Shown here: one piece after another, positions 37,275 through 48,923 of the stretch | Numbering within the stretch: the stretch's first letter is position 1 | Layout of the letters: each line of letters starts with the position of its first letter | From: Felis catus | Lineage: Eukaryota | NCBI RefSeq assembly: GCF_018350175.1 | Contig: NC_058372.1 | Coordinates: forward strand, 140,306,001-140,370,000 | DNA: 64,000 nt | Direction of reading: 5' to 3' | Program-made: the position numbers and the translations under genes | The notes under the pieces: model-generated | What the model saw: the letters and a program-made list of their open reading frames with translations, nothing else | What the model was told of the DNA's origin: nothing | Database searches by the model: none

Positions 37275-37939
37275 TCAAGAGGAAAAACAGGACTGATAAA
37301 GTGAGACAGATGATAGCCCTGAATTCCATCTCACGCATCTTTGCCTACCATCCTCCAATAAAGGGGATTTCACCCATTTAGAAACGATTGTCTTCTTGTG
37401 AGTCCCCCGCATGGGAGCTTCCACTTCTATTTTCCTGTGCTGATAAATCACAGTGTGGTACCTAATATGGCCACACCCAAGCGTGAGCACCCCAGAATTT
37501 TCCTCTGCCCTCTGTAAGCTGGTCATGAGAGGTCAGAGATGAGAAGAGGAAGGGTCACCTTCCAAATCACGGCGAAGAGGATTTGCAGTTCTCTATCTGG
37601 GGCCTCAGAGCCAATTCTGAGATCTAGAATTTTCAAATCAAAGTGCTGGGAGGGAGCATGGAGACAACCTTGGAAATCCTCTAGTCTTGCAGTTTGGGGA
37701 TTTTATTTTAGTTGTAGAATCCTTTCTTTCAAGGCAGGCATGCATACAAAAAGCTCAAGATTAAAGGAAATTAAATGGAGGAGGTCTCAGGGAGAAGACA
37801 GATGACGCATTCAGACTCTGAGCCCATACGAAGGACTTGCCGTGACTTGCACCCCACGTGTGGCAGGGGCAGGAAGAGAATGGCATTGTTTCCCCTACCC
37901 CCATTCATCAGGGCAGCCTCCCGAGAAAATGGGGGTGGG

Positions 37940-38065
37940 GTAGAGAGAGACCAGGCTGGTGTTCAGGTGAATCAGGATCTGAATCACGACTTCACCGCTA
38001 ATCATCTGTGTGGCATTGGACAAGTGACTTCCCTCTTTGCACTTCTATTTTCTCATGAATAAACT
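37940..38065 (+). mobile_element. MIR fragment
   Basis: CTGTGTGGCATTGGACAAGTGACTTCCCTCTTTG. Confidence 0.55.
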
Positions 38066-38284
38066 AGGTGGCTCCTATATTCCTATACGGCTGGGCTGCA
38101 GCTCCAGAAACTGCAAAGTAGGGAACTCAATTCAACTCTTTACGTGTTGTTAGGTGCTAGGGATTTTTCTTTTTCTCTATGACAGAGCCAATTACGCCGT
38201 CAGAGTACATCCTTCCACGCCTAGGTATTTCTCACACCCGGACTCTTCTCCTGCGTGGCCCCACATCATTCCCCATCCGGGGTG

Positions 38285-38679
38285 CGTTACCTCGGCCGCA
38301 CAGCTGAATCATCTAAGGAGCTTTTGAAAATAACAATCCCTGGATTCCAACTCCAGAGGTTTTGAATTAATTGCTCAGGGGCGTGCCCTGGACATAGGCA
38401 TTTTTTTAAAGCTGCGCAGGTGATTTTAATATACGGCCAAGGCTATGAGTCATTTCTCTAGACCCGAGAACCTCTAGGGTGCGAAGAAACTGATGGGATC
38501 GGTAACGCTCAATGCCGACTACACATGAGAGTCACCTTGGGAGCTTTAGAACTCACCGAGTCCCGGGCCCCATCCCACCTCAAGTAAATCAGAGTCTCCA
38601 GAGGTGCCGACCAGGCGTGAGTATTTTTCAGAACCTCCAGGGTGATTCTAACGTGCAGCCAAGATTGAAAACCACTGGT
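38285..38679. mobile_element. Two adjacent MER5-family MITEs
   Basis: TTTTTAAAGCTGCGCAGGTGATTTTAATATACGGCCAAGG and CTCCAGGGTGATTCTAACGTGCAGCCAAGATTGAAAACCACTG. Confidence 0.8.
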
Positions 38680-39290
38680 GTAGACCAAAGGTGTGGCCAG
38701 AAGCAATCACTGGAGAAAGAATGACTGAATGGCAGTTCTGCGGGTAAAAGCAAAGGAATAAGGAAAAATAGTCTCCACTCACATGGCCATATAATGAGGG
38801 CCTTTTTTTTCAGACTCTGATTCTACCTCATCTATTTGCCTACCTTTTCCAACTGTTAGTTGCTTACCTGCCTGCCAATATTTGTGCGTAGGCTCGAAGA
38901 GTTTACAGTCAATAAAGTATCCCACCTGCAGACTTAAACAGGGCTATTATCTGGCACAATGTTGGTGTGATTGCTTCTGTATTGCAGAATGATTTTATCT
39001 GCTGGACTTTCAGTCTGTCAGTCTGTGGGAGAGAGGAGAGCCTGGCAAACCGAGAGCAAGTTAACAAGCCTGGCTGAGGACATCTATTTGCGATTTCTAA
39101 ACATCCGCTGCCTACCGTTAGTCTTTTCTGAACATTTGAGATCATCACCAACACATTTTTTTCAGTATGCATACTGCGTTTATTGTGGATATCTAGGACT
39201 CTACATTTTTGAAATTCCTAGAACGACTTTCGAACCTGTTTATCACACGAACCAAGCGGCAAAGTTTATTAATATATTCTGATTTTTTAA

Positions 39291-39524
39291 ATTATTTTAA
39301 TGTTTGTTTATTTTTGAAGGAGAGAGAAGAAGAGAGAGAGAGAGAGAGAGCAAGCGAGCATGAGCAGAGGAGGGGCAGAGAGAGGAGAAGACACAGACTC
39401 CAAAACGGGCTCAAGGCTCTGGGCTGTCAGCACAAAGCCCACATGGGGCTCGAACTCACGATCCACGAGATCATGACCAGAAAGGAAGCCGGATGCTCAA
39501 CCGACTGAGCAAGCCAAGTGCTCC
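39291..39524 (-). mobile_element. Can-SINE
   Basis: (GA)n, GGGGCTCGAACTCACG. TSD TAA(T/C)ATATTCT..TTTTTAA at ~39270 / 39525. Confidence 0.93.
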
Positions 39525-41640
39525 TAACATATTCTATTTTTAAAGAAGCATCTGGCACTAAAAACCAAGGTATATACATGAAGAAATAAAGATCAGGGAG
39601 ACTATGATACAGTTACTCAAGACTGTACAACTAGATGAAAGAAAAGCCAAAGTAATGAAAATGGCCAATTCTTTAATTCCTAGATCCATCGTTTATTCCA
39701 ATGGTCCTCATATTTATTTTTGTTCCACTTTACTAACTAAAATACAAGACAGTTCATCACTTATGAGAACACTAGGATTTAATTTATGGATTTTTGTACT
39801 CAGCCTTGATTTCCCTTTATCTGTTCTTTTTATTGTCTTATGTTCAATACTTTTTCCAGAGAGTATGTGACAAGGGGGGGGAAAGGGAGTTTCTAGAACC
39901 GTCAGTCCCTTTCCAATGTAGTGACCCTTCTGGTGAAGTCCCAGTATTGGGGGAGTAGAAAATATTAATTAAATCCATTTGGAGAATTATCTGTAGAATT
40001 TGAGTATAATTAGTTGCAAGTTATGTGACAGTATTTTGAACATTTTTGAGTGCCTCCCTAAAATCAATCTCTCTTTCCCACCATCCAAGAGACAGCATGT
40101 CGACTTCCCATTGGGCAATATTCCTCTCTAGCTTTATTCAGTCATATGTGGAATACTAAGTCTGAACAAAGAATTACACAAACAAGTCATATTTGTAGGA
40201 AGCAATCTGTCAATGAGATATGGTGAAGGAGAGAGTCAGATTGTAAACAGGTCTACAATCTCCATATTCTGTTGGCTGAAGAGAAGTAAGCAGTAAAAGA
40301 ATTTTCTCTCACATACTCCCTATGGAATAAGGAGAATGATTCCTTATTCCATAGAATATCATGGCTGATAGCCATGATTCTGGCCTCTCCATGACAGGAA
40401 CTCCTTGCAAATAGTTAGAAGCAGTAATAAAAAAGGAATTAGCTTAAAAGCTATACAAAAATATTAAGATAGCAAAGAAAAAGAAAAGAATCAGGAAAAA
40501 AAATGACAGAAAAATGCCAGGAAATGAAATTACCCTAAAGGAAAAGTTTTGTTGTGTTTTTTTTTTGAATTTTGAATTTCTAAATGTTTTTAAAGTTTTT
40601 AATTTAATGTTTTAAGAATAAAATCTCATAGAAATATTTTTGAATGCTTCAAACCTCACTGACAGCAAATGCAGTTTTTTAAGACATTTGTTCTAAGAAA
40701 CTCGTCAACCAAATAGAACATTGTGATCTGCTCCAGGATTGCCCTAACCTCCACTTGGTGTAACCCCAGAGGAAGAAGGAGGTCACCAAATTTAAACTTG
40801 AGCCTATAACTGGTGGGAATATCTGTTTTAAGTGCTTCTCTCTTCTTGTACAAGGATGGGAAACTTTTATTTCCCATACTGGGAAAAGAAAAAGTATTGG
40901 GAATTTTCATACCTACCGCATTTTTTTTCTTCCTCTGAAAAAAGGAAGGGAATTATGAAAGAACTGAAAACAGTAGAGAATGACATCTATTCATAAACCA
41001 TGTGTGAAGTACTTCCACACACAATTCCTCACACTACCCTTGTCAATCCAGCCTGCAATGCTAGAGCTGTGGCCACGTATATACCCTGGCCAACGCCAAG
41101 GTGAGAATGAACTTAACACAGGAAGGACCATGCTGAGAGTTCCTGGTAAGCCCACTTCTAGATTAAGCTGTGACTGAGAGCATTTACAAGCCACAGAGAA
41201 GGCAAGGTGGATTGATCCTCACACCGTTGGTCACCAAAATCTTGCTGTCAGTGGGTGATTCTGAAATCCAATCCTTGGAAATCTTGCTGTCTCCATAGAA
41301 TTTTATTTCTGCAAATAAGATCTGGAAGATTCACGCACATGAGTGTGGTGAGTTTGGACAGATATCTGAGACAGGAATCTTAGCATCCCTAATTGCGGGT
41401 CCTATTATTTAAACAGTGAATAAGCCAATTCAAATTATTTCAACAAACATTTATTGAGATTATTCAATATGAAGAGATCTATGGTTTAATAAAACCAAAT
41501 GTATGGGTGATGGTGAATGTTATTTTATGTTAAGCTAGTTGAGAACTAGGAGAGGTTCTAACGAACCCAGGAAACACATATTTTAAAGGGGAGAGAGAGA
41601 ACAAAAACTTTCACTTTTTGCCGAATGAATGGAACAAATA

Positions 41641-42253
41641 TGGTCAGTTCTGCTATAATGTGACATACGGGTTCCTAAATAGCACTGCACTATGCAAAAT
41701 CACACAGTAAAAACCACAGGGTTTATGGGGAAAATGAGATTAGGACACAACACTCAAAAACTTAGTGACATGGAAAAAAAAAACCAACTTAGTGACATGT
41801 TTTTCAAAATGTTTTCAATAAGAACCTATGAAATACAGTGGCGCCCAGGGGAGATAGTTAAGAAACAAGCATACCACAGTGAAAAAAGGCATTTTACCAT
41901 CAACATGTTGTGGGTGTCGAAGGTTGTGAATTACTCTCAGGTGATGGCTGCAGGTTTTGTGAACCGGATGGGAAGGTGCACCGCCATTCTCCTTGTGCGT
42001 GGCCGTGGCTCATGACACACGAGGCGAACTGAGCCCGGTGGCAGATATTTGAGGCGTGTGCCTTTCGTGTGTCCCGATGCGGCTTGATTCAGCTGGGCGC
42101 AGTTGCCCACATCCACCTAGTGTCCCTTGCTGACGAAATCGGGCGCAAGCCAACATAAACAAAATTCGCTTGGTATTCAACCTGTCCCCTGGTGGATCAA
42201 TGGCGCTGGAATAAATTCGAGGTTTCAAAACAAGCGTTAGAGCAGAACGGACA
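41641..42253 (-). mobile_element. TcMar-Tigger non-autonomous element, Tigger8-like
   Basis: TIRs GTCAGTTCTGCTATAA / TTAGAGCAGAACGGAC flanked by TA; internal AAAAACCACAGGGTTTATGGGGAAAATG. Confidence 0.8.
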
Positions 42254-45200
42254 TATACGCATTCACACCCCAGCTCTTTGGCAACGACGGGGCTCTTCCT
42301 CAATTCAAAAAACACCACATTCCCCCAAAAAATCACCTGTGGTTTTACAATAAGAACAATAATACCGATGGGTTTAAACCTGATCTAGAACCAGGGCCCT
42401 TGGCCCCCTCCTGAGGGAGGTTTCCTTCGTCTCTGGCAATGAGTGCCGCATCCACTCAAGTACTTTGGGGAGCACTTGTTAAAACAGCATCGCATACTGG
42501 GGGGAGGGGCGCTGAACTAATGTCCCGCAACTGATCTCCCTTTCACCCTCCTGACGCTTCTTGGCACAGCCCCTGAGAACAATAGTCATCCCGTGCCTTA
42601 GTTCATCATTTTAACATTGGCCTTCGCATGTCTAATAGGTGGTGGCCGTCTGGGCACAGTAAGCAATTAAAGCAGATCCTTCAACATTGATGTAAAAACC
42701 TAGCTTTCCCCCTATACCACCTGAATTATTGACCCTGGGTAAATGCACATTAAGTCACAGGCTCATGGGTGACACACTTTTTCCTATGGACTCATATCCC
42801 AGGAAAAGCATCATGTCCGTCAGCTAGTGGCGAATCCTAGGGGCACTGTGAAAGAGTCTGTCCATTCTCTGAAGGAGTCCAGCTTCCCTCGGTTCTGGCA
42901 GAAAGAAAAGTGGAAAAGAGAACCCCACGCAAGGGGCGACAGCAGATTCTGCATACACTTCTCTCCCAAAGGACACGGGTCATCCAAAGATGGCACTCAC
43001 CACGAACCCCACGTTTAACACCGAAAGCAAGGGCATTTGCCTCGAGATAACTCCACCAACCTCTCTTTACAGGTTTTGGCTTAATTTTGCTTGGCTGTCC
43101 ATAAATTACTCTGTGGGGTTTAATTCCTACAAAAGAGAATATAATCCAACCTTCTGCTATTAACGCAGCTACAATTTCATTCCTGTGCCAAGCAGCAGGG
43201 AGAGAAATCAAACAGTTGGCCCCCAGTGAATTCATCTATATGCCCCAGTTTCCTAACACTCAGCGCGTCTCAGACAATAGACTGGGTTTTAACTCTTTCT
43301 TGTCAAGTCTCCATCATGAGCAGTCAGATTACATCCTTCCCCTCACTTCTCAGCTCATTACTCACAAAGAATATCTTTTCCCAGGAAACCTGAGCTAACA
43401 CACTCGGCAAGCAGTGCTGAAGTTAGCAGTAAAAAGTCGGGTCTCGCCATCAGAAGCACACATTAGCATACGAAATATTTCCATAGGAAGAAAAAAAACC
43501 CCATCGATTGCAGGAGCTGCCCTCCATTGTCTTAAACGTTGCTGTTGGCAGTCAGAACGTTCACCCACCTCCACCTTGAGATAAGGCGCGATCGGATCAT
43601 GGTAACCTTTTACAGCGATTGTGGGACCGCGTGGGAGGGAAAGCCTAACGAAGGCGACAGTCCCATTCGATTCTTCGGAAATGAGGGGGAAGGTCCTGCA
43701 GACGGAAATCCAGGCAAATGGGGCTGGGGGGACAGTTCACTACTGTAGGCTCTGCAAGAATTACTAGTTGCAGGGCGCCCCACTTAGCAAAGGACAAATC
43801 CCGGCCCTGACCCTCCCTGTGATGTTCCGGAGAGAACTGGGGAAAGGATCCAAATGAAAGGGAAACCGGGGGCCGCTTGACAAGATCCTGAATTTATCGC
43901 GCCCGCCNNNNNNNNNNNNNNNNNNNNNNNNNNNNNNNNNNNNNNNNNNNNNNNNNNNNNNNNNNNNNNNNNNNNNNNNNNNNNNNNNNNNNNNNNNNNN
44001 NNNNNNNNNNNNNNNNNNNNNNNNNNNNNNNNNNNNNNNNNNNNNNNNNNNNNNNNNNNNNNNNNNNNNNNNNNNNNNNNNNNNNNNCAATGCAGCCCCT
44101 CCCTCCCCTGCTCCCCTCATTGCTTCTACCAGCGGATCCCTTGAAAATTTAATTATTACCAGTGGAATTCCTGCACTAACTAAAGGCTTTTGCAATCAAA
44201 TCAATAGTTGATGAAAGAGTGGTCCGAAAAAGCCATGTTAAATGCATTATGTTCTTCCATTTCCACGTCCCCCGTGTGGCTCCTTTCATGAGGTTGCGAC
44301 TGGGGACCCTCCAAATACATCACTTTCAGGGAGTTAAAATGTCTAAGTGTTATCCAGAGGTGGCTATTATATATTTATAAGGGCTCCCCTATATGCCTCT
44401 TCTGGATTTATTAAGTGCTCTAAGGATCTGTTTGGCTTATACCAGCTACCACAGACTGATCTGAGAAATCAAAGAGGAAATACCCAACTGCAGAGCTGGG
44501 CAGGAAGGGAAACGCCCGTGGGTATCGCGACTGCTACAAGGAAAGAGGCCAGTGGCAGGTGTGATTTAGAAACAGAAATAAGTCGTCTCCCACCCTCTTG
44601 CCCTACTCATACCCCCCACCGCTCTGCCCTAATGGAAGAGCCCAAATGCTGTGCTGTCTCTCTTTGTGCTTTTCCACCTATGGAGAGTCTCCAGCACAAA
44701 ATAACGTGCCTTTGGGGAGAAAGAGATGCTTCGGTGTTGTTGTGTCCTTTGCTGCTATTGGTGGACCGGGCTTTGGTGCCTTAATTAGATGGGGATTGTT
44801 GCGCCTGGGATGGTTCTATAAAGAAGGCATTTTACCCAGGCCACGTGTGGCGTGCACATCACGGCATTTGCAAACATCCCCCCCCACCACCGTATATGAA
44901 CATTTGGGGGGCATGTGACCCATGTATATTTATACACGGGTTACCTGGTTCTCCAACAGGGCGGTCAAGGGGAGTTGCAGACCGCCTGATGCATGACCGT
45001 GCTGCGGACGTTCCTAGAGGCCAGGCTGGAGACGTGAGTTTAGATGAATTCTCTGGATAAACAACCAGAGTCCTCTCCTAAAGGGCTGAAAGCTGAATCC
45101 TAATATATAGGACCAGGTGTGCAAACATAGGGCAGATCCCCTAATCTAAGTGATACGGGAAGCACTCACACATGATCTGAAAAATTTAGCCGGCCACTAT

Positions 45201-45819
45201 TTTCCTGCTCAATTGCCCAGATAATTACCTCAATTTTCCATTTCGCTTTGACTGAGAAACCTAGTCGCAGGATGATAACAGGTCACTGTACAGGGCAGAA
45301 GCTTATTTGCTTATTTATTAATAATGCTCATCTATCAACAAGCAACTCCCGTGCGCCTGGCACTGCCCTCAGGAAGTTTTATTCTAATTGAAGTCAACAC
45401 TCAGACTCTAGAAAGGTCAGTGAATGTGAACAATGATCCATTCGCAGCTGGATTCAGTGAATGTAATGTCATGAGAGCCGAGGAGCCAGAACTCTGGGAA
45501 GGCTTTCCTGAAGGAGACAGACTTGGCATAGACTCTAACCGACCCTCAACTTTGTGTACCTCGTGGAGTAAACAGGTGCCGCTCACAGCCAGCGATGGCC
45601 CGAGCCACCAGCCACCTCAGGACAGGCCTGGCAGCCCCAGGGACACAGGGGATCACTCATCACCCCTGGTCACCCACTCAAAGCCCTCCGGTTCAGACGC
45701 TTTGCTTTCAGGCAGGTGCATGTTGGGATTTAATTAGGCAGAGAGAAAGACAGGAGGAGAGAGAAGCAGCCTGTGACGTAAACTAACGCATCGTCCCTTA
45801 AACAGAGCCCCAGGACCTC

Positions 45820-46105
45820 GTGTGGGTTCAGTGGTTAGCTGTCCGGGCTTCAGAATCGGAAAGTTCTGGATTTTCCACTCTGCCCTCCCCCTACCTGGTG
45901 TAGGGTGGGGGCCCTTGGGCAAATTATTTAACTTTTCCATGCTTCCTTTTTGTCATCAGGAAAGTAGGGATATCCTAGTGCTTATCTATTAATATAATTG
46001 TTCCTACCGACCTACATTGTAAGAATAAAAGAGATGATGCGAACAAAGCACTCTGCACCGAGCCTGGCGCGTGGAATGTTCGATAAAACCAGCTACGATA
46101 TTGGT
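45820..46105 (+). mobile_element. MIR, near full length
   Basis: CAGTGGTTAG, CCTTGGGCAAATTATTTAAC, AAAGCACTCTGCACCGAGCCTGGCGCGTGG. Confidence 0.75.
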
Positions 46106-47069
46106 AAGATAAGTGTTGCTATTAGTGTTGCTAAGTGATGCCGGAAGCCAAAGGTCAGCAGCTAAGGATGGGTGGCGGGTGAAAACACGAATTTTCAGAA
46201 AACGGAGATGTGCGTATATTTCGCGTATATTTGCTGGTGGGTACAGAAACCTAGATGAAAGAAAAAAGAAATCATTACTTCCGACGCAGAAGCTCTGGTC
46301 AACTCAGAGGCACAGGAATGTTTTTTAACAGCTGTCTAGGGCCAATTAGGACTCGCATTTCAGATGACACATTCAAACGCTTATCTGCACAGCAGCCTCG
46401 TCGTCTGTTCTCTCTCCGTGTTTGTGCATTCACTTTTGCAAATGCATGGACAAGCAGATAAAAAGTTGAATGTCATTGCCAAGGGGGCTACCCGTCACCG
46501 TCGTTCCAGCTGCACAGTCTTCACGGAGGGATATGCTAAGTGCCATCATATGCTAAGTGCGTCTTCTCTCAACGCAGAGAGAAGAAGAACAAATCATAAA
46601 TATTTGAGGACTAGCCAGCCAAAGTACAAGAACTTATCTATTACCCATGGTGCAGCCACATCTAAGGAAAAGTTGGTTGTGGAATCTGAGATCAAGCTGA
46701 ATTTCTCCAAAATAGAAGAGAACATGGTCTCTTAGTCAGTTGTGACATACAAATACGCATAATCTCCAAAAGGAGAAAATAAATGGTAAGTGTTCAGTAC
46801 CTAGCGGGGCCCCAAGTACAAAGCAAGTGATCGATTTAGGCTGGTGATAGATGGCTCCTCCCTATTTGCAGTATGTATTCATCAAAAATGTCTCAGGAAG
46901 AAAAAAGGTTTGCAATCGAAAGACGTCATTAATTGTACATTTTGCCATATTATTTAGAAATGGGCATTTCAATGCCTGAAGTGAAATGTCCATATAAAAT
47001 ACATTCATAAAGCATTTCGTTTACAAGTTACTCTATGTCTATTTATCACTCTGAACTTCTCCATCACCC

Positions 47070-47240
47070 AGGGAAAACTGCAAGACCATTTTTACCTCCA
47101 TTTTACAGATGAAGAAATGAAATCTAAAGAAATTTAACGACTGACCACGGGCCATGTGATTTGGAAAGCACAGGGCCGAGACAAGAACCCGGGTCTCACA
47201 ACTAGTATCCACCCCTCATTACATATTCTTCTATCACACA
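47070..47240 (-). mobile_element. MIR
   Basis: CTCCATTTTACAGATGAAGAAATGAAATCTAAAGA core. Confidence 0.7.
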
Positions 47241-47959
47241 GCAATTATACTAGGTGCGGCGGAAGTCAAGGCCGAGTGTCAGTAAGGACCACTGTCCCCG
47301 CGGAGCAGCGAGGGATGCCCGGCCAAGCCGAGAAAAGGCATCAGGCCAAGTTTAGGATCGTGATCTGCACCAGCACAAGGATAGCCTGTCAAATGCAGGC
47401 TCCAATTATCTGTGTTTATGGGGTGTGTGGAGTGTGAGCCCTGAGGATCCCTAAAGGACACACTGAGGAGTGTGAGATTTCTCCCACAGTTAATTGAGAG
47501 CCATCAAAGGGTTTTCTTAACTAGGGAGTGATGTAATTAAATATGTATTCCAAAGTCTGGCCGGGGGTTGGGGCTTGGATTTCAGGGAGCTGGAGAGCTG
47601 CCGAGAGGCTGGAGGCAGAAAGATAAGTAGGAGCAGAAGCTTGGGAATGTCTTCCATCATAGCTCAGGGTCAGCCTGGGCTTGCGTTCTTCTAGAATGTG
47701 GACACTCAGTCTTCCACTGAGCTGTGAATTCCTTGCAGAAACTCATGTTTTATTTACCTTCATATTCCCGGGCTGCAGAGTAGAGTGAGTTATATATTGC
47801 AAACCCTGCCTGTAGGACTTCTCTCCCACACGGCCCGGCATCCCCTTCTCCTCAACAGACACAAAACTCAATTACTACCCTGCACCCAAAGATCGCCTCT
47901 CTCGCCATTTCTCTCTCCTGAGAAGTACACACCGCCACCCCTCTGGTTTTCCAAAATCG

Positions 47960-48357
47960 GGCATTTGCCCTAAGAACCTTCCTCTCCCTCATCCCAGCCT
48001 CCATCCATTCATCCCTACACAATGCCCCCTTCTTGAACATCCCCCTGGCCCTTCACTAATTGTGGTTTGATCAGTTTGCTAACTAAATAGTTGTCTGCAA
48101 ATGTACCCCTTCTGAATCTACCCTCAACACTACTCGCAGAGGCATCATTATAAAATGAAAACATGACATGGCTTAAAACACTTTGTTGGCCCTTCATTGC
48201 CTAGAGAACTTCCTGGAGTCCAAACTCTTCAGCGTCACCCACGTGCAAACCCTCCATCATCTGGCCTTCATCTCTGGCCAGTTGTCTCCAGTCACCTGTG
48301 CTCCGATCTAATGACCCACCATGGGACACGCAGAGTGAGCTTTCGAGCCCATGAGCC

Positions 48358-48407
<50 letters not shown>

Positions 48408-48775
48408 CTTAGTGCCGCCACCCAAGAGCGTTCATACCTGTTACCTGCCTGGACAGCTCTGATTCGTCCCACGTTTGCCATCTTCTCTTCTGAGAAAGCT
48501 TAACTCATACGGTCCACACCACTCACCCTGCCCCCAAGGCAGAAGGCATCCTTTTCTGTCCACTGCTTATCTCTGCAAAAATTCTCCTCACACTGTATTA
48601 AAGGCATTTGTTTTCATGTTCCTTGAGGGCAGGGATGCTGCCTAATTCATTTCTCTTTCCAACACCCAGTATTTACTTAGCACATAATAGATACTCTTTA
48701 AACATTTATATGTATTAGTACGTACATATTTTTAAAGACTATATGATGGAATGAACAAATAGATGAATGTTGACA
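47960..48775 (+). mobile_element. L2 3' region with (CA)n at 48360-48402
   Basis: CATGACATGGCTTAAAACACTTTGTTGGCCCTTCATTGCC; TTCCTTGAGGGCAGGGA...AGCACATAATAGATACTC. Confidence 0.7.
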
Positions 48776-48882
48776 TATTTTTTCTTCTCTATCCTCAACT
48801 GCGTGATTTCAGTAACATCTATCTGCCTATAGAATGACAACGGACATTTGAGAGCTATAGAAATACATACATATATATGAAG

Positions 48883-48883
<1 letters not shown>

Positions 48884-48922
<39 letters not shown>
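48884..48922. repeat. (TG)n microsatellite
   Basis: About 19 perfect TG units. Confidence 0.95.

Positions 48923-48923
<1 letters not shown>

Noticed and set aside
42182-42196. CTCF-like CCACCAGGGGACAG on the minus strand; a similar site near 24230
   Set aside because: Mismatch at a core position; the 42182 site lies inside the Tigger repeat; no independent support.
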